Positions 59,652-64,000 of a stretch of DNA of 64,000 bases are shown here, piece by piece. Under the pieces are notes generated by a model. That model was not told the DNA's origin. It did no database searches and was given only the letters and a program-made list of their open reading frames with translations. Position 1 is the first letter of the stretch. Every line of letters starts with the position of its first letter. Source of the DNA: an uncultured Flavipsychrobacter sp. (lineage in GTDB: Bacteria; Bacteroidota; Bacteroidia; Chitinophagales; Chitinophagaceae); contig CAZEZM010000018.1 of the NCBI GenBank assembly GCA_964515955.1, positions 1,933 through 65,932 of the forward strand. The letters are read 5' to 3'. The position numbers were made by a program, and so were the translations under genes.

Positions 59652-61469
59652 ATGAGCGACGTTATCATTCAAGGACCTAATGTAGCGCACACGCATAGTG
59701 CGCATGGCGAGCATCATGGCCACGACCACCATGAGCAGCATTTCATTACAAAATGGATATTCAGCCAGGACCATAAAGTAATTGCCAAACAATTCCTGGT
59801 AACAGGGATCATATGGGCTATTATTGGTGCGTTGATGTCGGTATTCTTCCGCCTGCAGCTTGGTTTCCCCGATGAAACTTTTCCTATCATGGAAAAATTC
59901 CTCGGTGAGTGGGCAAAAGGTGGGAAGTTATCTGCAGAATTCTACTATGCATTGGTGACGATGCACGGTACCATCCTGGTATTCTTTGTATTGACGGCCG
60001 GTTTGAGCGGTACATTCGCCAACCTGCTTATTCCACTGCAGGTAGGTGCCCGCGATATGGCATCGCCTTTCATGAACATGCTTTCTTACTGGTTCTTCTT
60101 CCTGGCCAGCATCGTAATGTTTATTTCCCTGTTTGTACAAACAGGCCCTGCTTCAGGCGGCTGGACTACCTACCCGCCGTTGAGCGCACTGAAAGAAGCT
60201 TCTATGGGCTCAGGTATAGGTATGGATCTGTGGCTGATCAGTATGGCCTTGTTCGTGGTTTCATCACTGCTGGGCGGCCTTAACTACATTTCTACTATAC
60301 TGAACATGCGTACCAAAGGTATGAGCATGACACGCATGCCGCTTACTATCTGGGCGCTGCTGTTCACTGCGGTGCTGGGCGTACTTTCATTCCCTGTATT
60401 ATTATCAGGTTTCGTACTGCTGATATTCGACCGCAACTTTGGTACCAGCTTCTACCTTTCTGAGATATTTATAGCAGGTAAAGCATTGCCAAACATTGGT
60501 GGTTCTGCTATCCTGTACCAGCACTTATTCTGGTTCCTGGGCCACCCCGAGGTGTACATCATCATGCTGCCGGGTATGGGTATGGCGTCGGAGGTATTAT
60601 CCTGCCACAGCCGCAAGCCGATATTTGGTTACTTCGCGATGATTATATCATTGATAGGTATCACGGTACTGGCCTTCCTGGTATGGGCGCACCATATGTT
60701 CGTTACGGGTATGAGCCCCTTCCTTGGTTCAATATTCGTACTGTTGACATTGTTGATTGCCGTTCCTTCTGCGGTGAAGGTGTTCAACTGGCTGACTACT
60801 ATGTGGAGAGGTAATATCAAGTTTACCGTTCCTATGATGTTTGCGATAGGTTTCGTATCACTGTTCATATCCGGTGGCCTTACAGGTTTGTTCCTGGGTA
60901 ACTCCGCGCTGGACATCCACCTGCATGATACTTACTTCGTGGTAGCGCACTTCCATATAGTAATGGGTGTGAGCGCCTTCTTCGGAATGTTTGCCGGCAT
61001 CTATCACTGGTTCCCCAAAATGTTCGGAAGGTTTATGAATAACACATTGGGTTATATCCACTTCTTCCTCACTTTTGCCGGTGCATACCTCATATTCTGG
61101 CCTATGCACTACGAAGGTATTGCAGGTATGCCCCGCCGTTACTACGATTATACGGCATGGGAATCTTTCAACCAGTTTGAGAGCCTGAATGCTTTCATCA
61201 GTATAGCAGCTATTGTTGTGTTCTTTGCGCAATTGCTGTTTGTGGTCAACTTCTTCGTCAGCATTTTCCGCGGACGTAAGTGCCTGGTGCAGAACCCATG
61301 GGGCTCACCCAGCCTTGAGTGGACTACACCTATCAATCCGGGACACGGTAACTGGCCCGGTGAGATACCCACGGTACACCGCTGGCCTTACGACTATAAA
61401 GATGATGGCCATGGTAACGACTTCATTCCGCAAACAACACCGTTGCGTGAAGGAGAAGAATCGCATTAA
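59652..61469 (+). CDS. coxA: cytochrome c oxidase subunit I
   Basis: WFLGHPEVYI, WAHHMFVTG and HFHIVMG with a 12-TM pattern. ATG at 59652; the track ORF starts at GTG 59643. Confidence 0.95.
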   Translation: MSDVIIQGPNVAHTHSAHGEHHGHDHHEQHFITKWIFSQDHKVIAKQFLVTGIIWAIIGALMSVFFRLQLGFPDETFPIMEKFLGEWAKGGKLSAEFYYALVTMHGTILVFFVLTAGLSGTFANLLIPLQVGARDMASPFMNMLSYWFFFLASIVMFISLFVQTGPASGGWTTYPPLSALKEASMGSGIGMDLWLISMALFVVSSLLGGLNYISTILNMRTKGMSMTRMPLTIWALLFTAVLGVLSFPVLLSGFVLLIFDRNFGTSFYLSEIFIAGKALPNIGGSAILYQHLFWFLGHPEVYIIMLPGMGMASEVLSCHSRKPIFGYFAMIISLIGITVLAFLVWAHHMFVTGMSPFLGSIFVLLTLLIAVPSAVKVFNWLTTMWRGNIKFTVPMMFAIGFVSLFISGGLTGLFLGNSALDIHLHDTYFVVAHFHIVMGVSAFFGMFAGIYHWFPKMFGRFMNNTLGYIHFFLTFAGAYLIFWPMHYEGIAGMPRRYYDYTAWESFNQFESLNAFISIAAIVVFFAQLLFVVNFFVSIFRGRKCLVQNPWGSPSLEWTTPINPGHGNWPGEIPTVHRWPYDYKDDGHGNDFIPQTTPLREGEESH

Positions 61470-61496
61470 TTGTAATTACATAAAGTGTTTAAATAC

Positions 61497-61527
61497 AAGG
61501 GCTGCCATATGGTGGCCCTTCCTTTTT
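61497..61527 (+). terminator. intrinsic terminator after coxA
   Basis: aagggc...gccctt stem (61497-61520), followed by CCTTTTT. Confidence 0.65.
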
Positions 61528-61696
61528 ATGCATTATGATAATGTTTTACTAAAATCGGCCCCGAACAGGCTTAAGGCTAAACAACTTTCTGGTTATGATG
61601 TTATTATTAATGCGCAGCAATCCTAATTAGAAGAGCGGTTGCAGTATAGCAGGTAATTATAAATTATTGTTCATTATTTTTTTTAAAACACTACAT

Positions 61697-62062
61697 ATGC
61701 AGACCGATGATAACAGGCTCGAGAATGAAGCCAAACATAGCACCGCTGATATGAATACGCTTAGCAGCCTTACCATGACAGCCGTAAAGAAAGGATATAC
61801 TGAAAATTTTAGTGTAAAAGGCGGCAAACTGCATGCACCCGGCGTAAATAATTATTACCGACCGCAGGAAGTAAAAATTGATAATTTTTATCGTTTTGAA
61901 GGGGCTTCAGACCCGGGTGACAATGCGATATTGTACTGTATGGAAACGCATGACGGTGTAAAAGGAATGCTTATAGATAGCTATGGACATGATGCTGATG
62001 GTGCTATCACTGAGTTTATTAAAAAGGTGGAGGAGATTCATAAAGCTGAAGCCGAAGGGTAA
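61697..62062 (+). CDS. hypothetical protein (121 aa from the first ATG)
   Basis: Clean ORF with normal composition. The track ORF starts at TTG 61667. No motif recognised. Confidence 0.55.
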   Translation: MQTDDNRLENEAKHSTADMNTLSSLTMTAVKKGYTENFSVKGGKLHAPGVNNYYRPQEVKIDNFYRFEGASDPGDNAILYCMETHDGVKGMLIDSYGHDADGAITEFIKKVEEIHKAEAEG

Positions 62063-62088
62063 AATATTGTGCTTACAAAGCCCTTCTC

Positions 62089-62430
62089 TTATTTCCGCCA
62101 CAAAAATAGTAGTACAAAATTGATAGTAATTATTACAATAAATATAATGGCCATTTGTTGCCTGCCTGTATTGTAGAGTAATAGTGCAGCTATTACAAAC
62201 AATATAAACTTCCCCGTCATCTTAACAGCAAACGGAGATGCAACTACAGATTTCGGCGCCAGGAAAACACCCCATACCACTGTTATAAGCAAAGGTAAAC
62301 CTATGCCTGTTGCCCATCTTATCAATGTATCCTGCTTCAGTTTAAAGCCCCAATAACCTATTGCATAGAGCATAAAAAGCTCCAGGAAAAAAGCCAATGC
62401 AAGATTTAGTGTTTTTAATAGGCTGAGCAT
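62089..62430 (-). CDS. small membrane protein, YrdB/DUF2568-like
   Basis: 113 aa with four hydrophobic helices. The N-terminal LALAFFLELFMLYAIGYWGF pattern resembles DUF2568. Confidence 0.55.
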   Translation of the reverse strand: MLSLLKTLNLALAFFLELFMLYAIGYWGFKLKQDTLIRWATGIGLPLLITVVWGVFLAPKSVVASPFAVKMTGKFILFVIAALLLYNTGRQQMAIIFIVIITINFVLLFLWRK

Positions 62431-62457
62431 ATACGTAATTCTGTAGTATCAGATTAA

Positions 62458-62483
62458 AGAAGGGCTGCAATTGCAGCCCTTCT
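62458..62483 (-). terminator. palindromic hairpin immediately after the purL stop
   Basis: agaagggctgca (62458-62469) pairs with tgcagcccttct (62472-62483). The U-tract on the minus strand is weak. Confidence 0.5.
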
Positions 62484-62487
62484 CTTT

Positions 62488-64000
62488 TTATGCATTCATC
62501 AGCTTGTCTATTGCTGTATCATACTTTTCTTTCCACTCAGTTATGCTGCCCCAGTTCTCGCCGTCTATAGTCAGGGTGCCGTCAGAGATTACTTCGCCTA
62601 TCTGTACATAACGGTGGTCTCCCATCATCTGTTCAAAGGCGTGCTTCTCAGCATGGCTTACACTTACTACTACGCGGCTCTGGCCTTCGCCAAATAGCCA
62701 GGCGTCTTTACGAATGTTCGGGTCTGTACTGACAGTAAATCCGAGATTGTTTTTAAAGCAACATTCTAACAGGGTAGTGAATAAACCGCCTTCAGAAACG
62801 TCATGCGCAGAGTTAATTTCTTTGCCGCGCGCCAGTTTCAATACCAGTTTTTGCAATTGGTATTCTTCTTCCATATCAAAGTAGGGCGCCGGGCTGTATT
62901 CTACATTGCATAACTTATGCAGGTATTCCGAGCTGTTGATGTCTTCCCTGTTTTCGCCTATAACATAGATGATATCACCGGCGTTCTTGAAGAACATAGT
63001 CATCTTCTGGTCCAGCGTATCCAGCACACCCACCATACCAATGGTAGGGGTGGGATATACCGGGCCGTCATCGCTGCTCTGGTTGTAGAAGCTCACGTTA
63101 CCGCCTGTCACCGGTGTGCCCAGCTTGCGGCAGGCATCGCCCATGCCTTTTATCGCGTGTTCAAACTGGTAGTATACTTCAGGATTATAAGGATTGCCAA
63201 AGTTCAGGCAGTTGGTGATGGCAACAGGGTCGCCGCCGCTGCATACGATGTTACGTGCTGCTTCACTCACGGCTATCATTGCACCTTTATAGGGGTCGGC
63301 AAATACATAGCGGCTGTTACAGTCTGTTGTGCAGGCTATACCCTTGGTACTGCCGTGTACACGTACTACGGGTGCATCGCTGGGTTCGTTGGTTTGTGTA
63401 TTACCTGTGCCTACCATGCTGTCGTATTGCTCGTACACCCATCGTTTGCTGGCTATGGTAGGCAGTTGTATCAATTGTTCCGCTGTAGCTTTCAGGTCGG
63501 CAGGTACAGGTATGCTGTTTTGGTTAAAAGCTTTTACCTGCTCAAAATATTTTGGTTCTTTCGATTCGCGCTTATATACAGGTGCACCGCCGCCTAATAC
63601 TAAGCTCTCTGCTGGTACATCAGCTACCAGCTCACCACCCATATAGTATTTCAGCCTGCCGTCGGTAGTTACTTCCCCTATCTGCTCGCAGTGGATATCC
63701 CATTTGTCAAATATTTGTTGCACTTCTGCTTCACGGCCTTTCTTCACCACTATCAGCATACGCTCCTGGCTTTCGCTCAGCAGCATTTCCCAGGGCAGCA
63801 TATTATCCTGCCGGGTCGGCACTTTGTCCAGGTGGATGATCATACCATGCTCACCTTTGGCGCTCATCTCGCTGCACGAGCAGGTGATACCTGCCGCGCC
63901 CATATCCTGCATACCTATCAGCGCACCTGTGGGTATCACTTCCAGGCAGGCTTCTAATAATTTCTTCTCTTCAAAGGGGTCGCCCACCTGTACCGATGGC
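62488..64000 (-). CDS. purL: phosphoribosylformylglycinamidine synthase subunit PurL; N-terminal part lies outside the window
   Basis: The reading frame stays open to the window edge. Contains MGAAGITCSCSEMS, SESQERML and TGGNVSFYNQ, and the two-AIR-synthase-domain layout. Confidence 0.9.
   Translation of the reverse strand, partial: PSVQVGDPFEEKKLLEACLEVIPTGALIGMQDMGAAGITCSCSEMSAKGEHGMIIHLDKVPTRQDNMLPWEMLLSESQERMLIVVKKGREAEVQQIFDKWDIHCEQIGEVTTDGRLKYYMGGELVADVPAESLVLGGGAPVYKRESKEPKYFEQVKAFNQNSIPVPADLKATAEQLIQLPTIASKRWVYEQYDSMVGTGNTQTNEPSDAPVVRVHGSTKGIACTTDCNSRYVFADPYKGAMIAVSEAARNIVCSGGDPVAITNCLNFGNPYNPEVYYQFEHAIKGMGDACRKLGTPVTGGNVSFYNQSSDDGPVYPTPTIGMVGVLDTLDQKMTMFFKNAGDIIYVIGENREDINSSEYLHKLCNVEYSPAPYFDMEEEYQLQKLVLKLARGKEINSAHDVSEGGLFTTLLECCFKNNLGFTVSTDPNIRKDAWLFGEGQSRVVVSVSHAEKHAFEQMMGDHRYVQIGEVISDGTLTIDGENWGSITEWKEKYDTAIDKLMNA

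Noticed and set aside
61497-62490. Sequence similarity between the coxA terminator (AAGGGC..GCCCTTCCTTTTTATGCATT) and the purL-end hairpin (AAGGGCTGCA..TGCAGCCCTTCTCTTTTTATGCATT)
   Set aside because: The match is short and of low complexity (GC stem plus T-run). It is plausibly convergent terminator architecture and cannot be evaluated without genome-wide counts.

Overview
This 64-kb chromosomal segment reads as a Bacteroidota genome, probably Chitinophagia/Sphingobacteriia-like. That placement is an inference from T9SS C-terminal sorting domains, a TonB-receptor/DUF4249 pair, a DUF4290-murA pair and an ACIII-cox operon. I support about 50 protein genes. I found no rRNA, tRNA, CRISPR array, transposase or integrase. 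The backbone genes are: korA (5' truncated), a photolyase, a ComM/YifB ATPase, an enoyl-CoA hydratase, an MsbA-like ABC exporter, a persulfide-dioxygenase/rhodanese fusion, a MoxR ATPase, DedA, TerC, MurA, a complete alternative complex III operon (actABCDEF) directly followed by coxB-coxA, and purL (truncated at the 3' edge). Regulatory RNA: a clear TPP (THI-box) riboswitch precedes a stand-alone TonB-dependent receptor. Items worth a second look: (1) both large T9SS beta-helix cargo genes are each bracketed by their own direct repeats. A 39/41-nt pair flanks the 1357-aa adhesin gene, which sits between a GlxA-type regulator and an SDR. A more diverged ~50-65-nt pair flanks the 650-aa gene. 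Both look cassette-like, but no recombinase is present. (2) A single-polypeptide EutB-EutC ethanolamine ammonia-lyase has an export-type N-terminus and no other eut genes nearby. (3) A four-gene lipid-linked-glycosylation-like module has two paralogous SDRs, and one has F in place of the catalytic Y. (4) A 780-bp intergenic region contains a tandem pair of related long hairpins. (5) Two near-identical terminators lie in tandem. All family assignments come from motifs read by eye; no searches were run.
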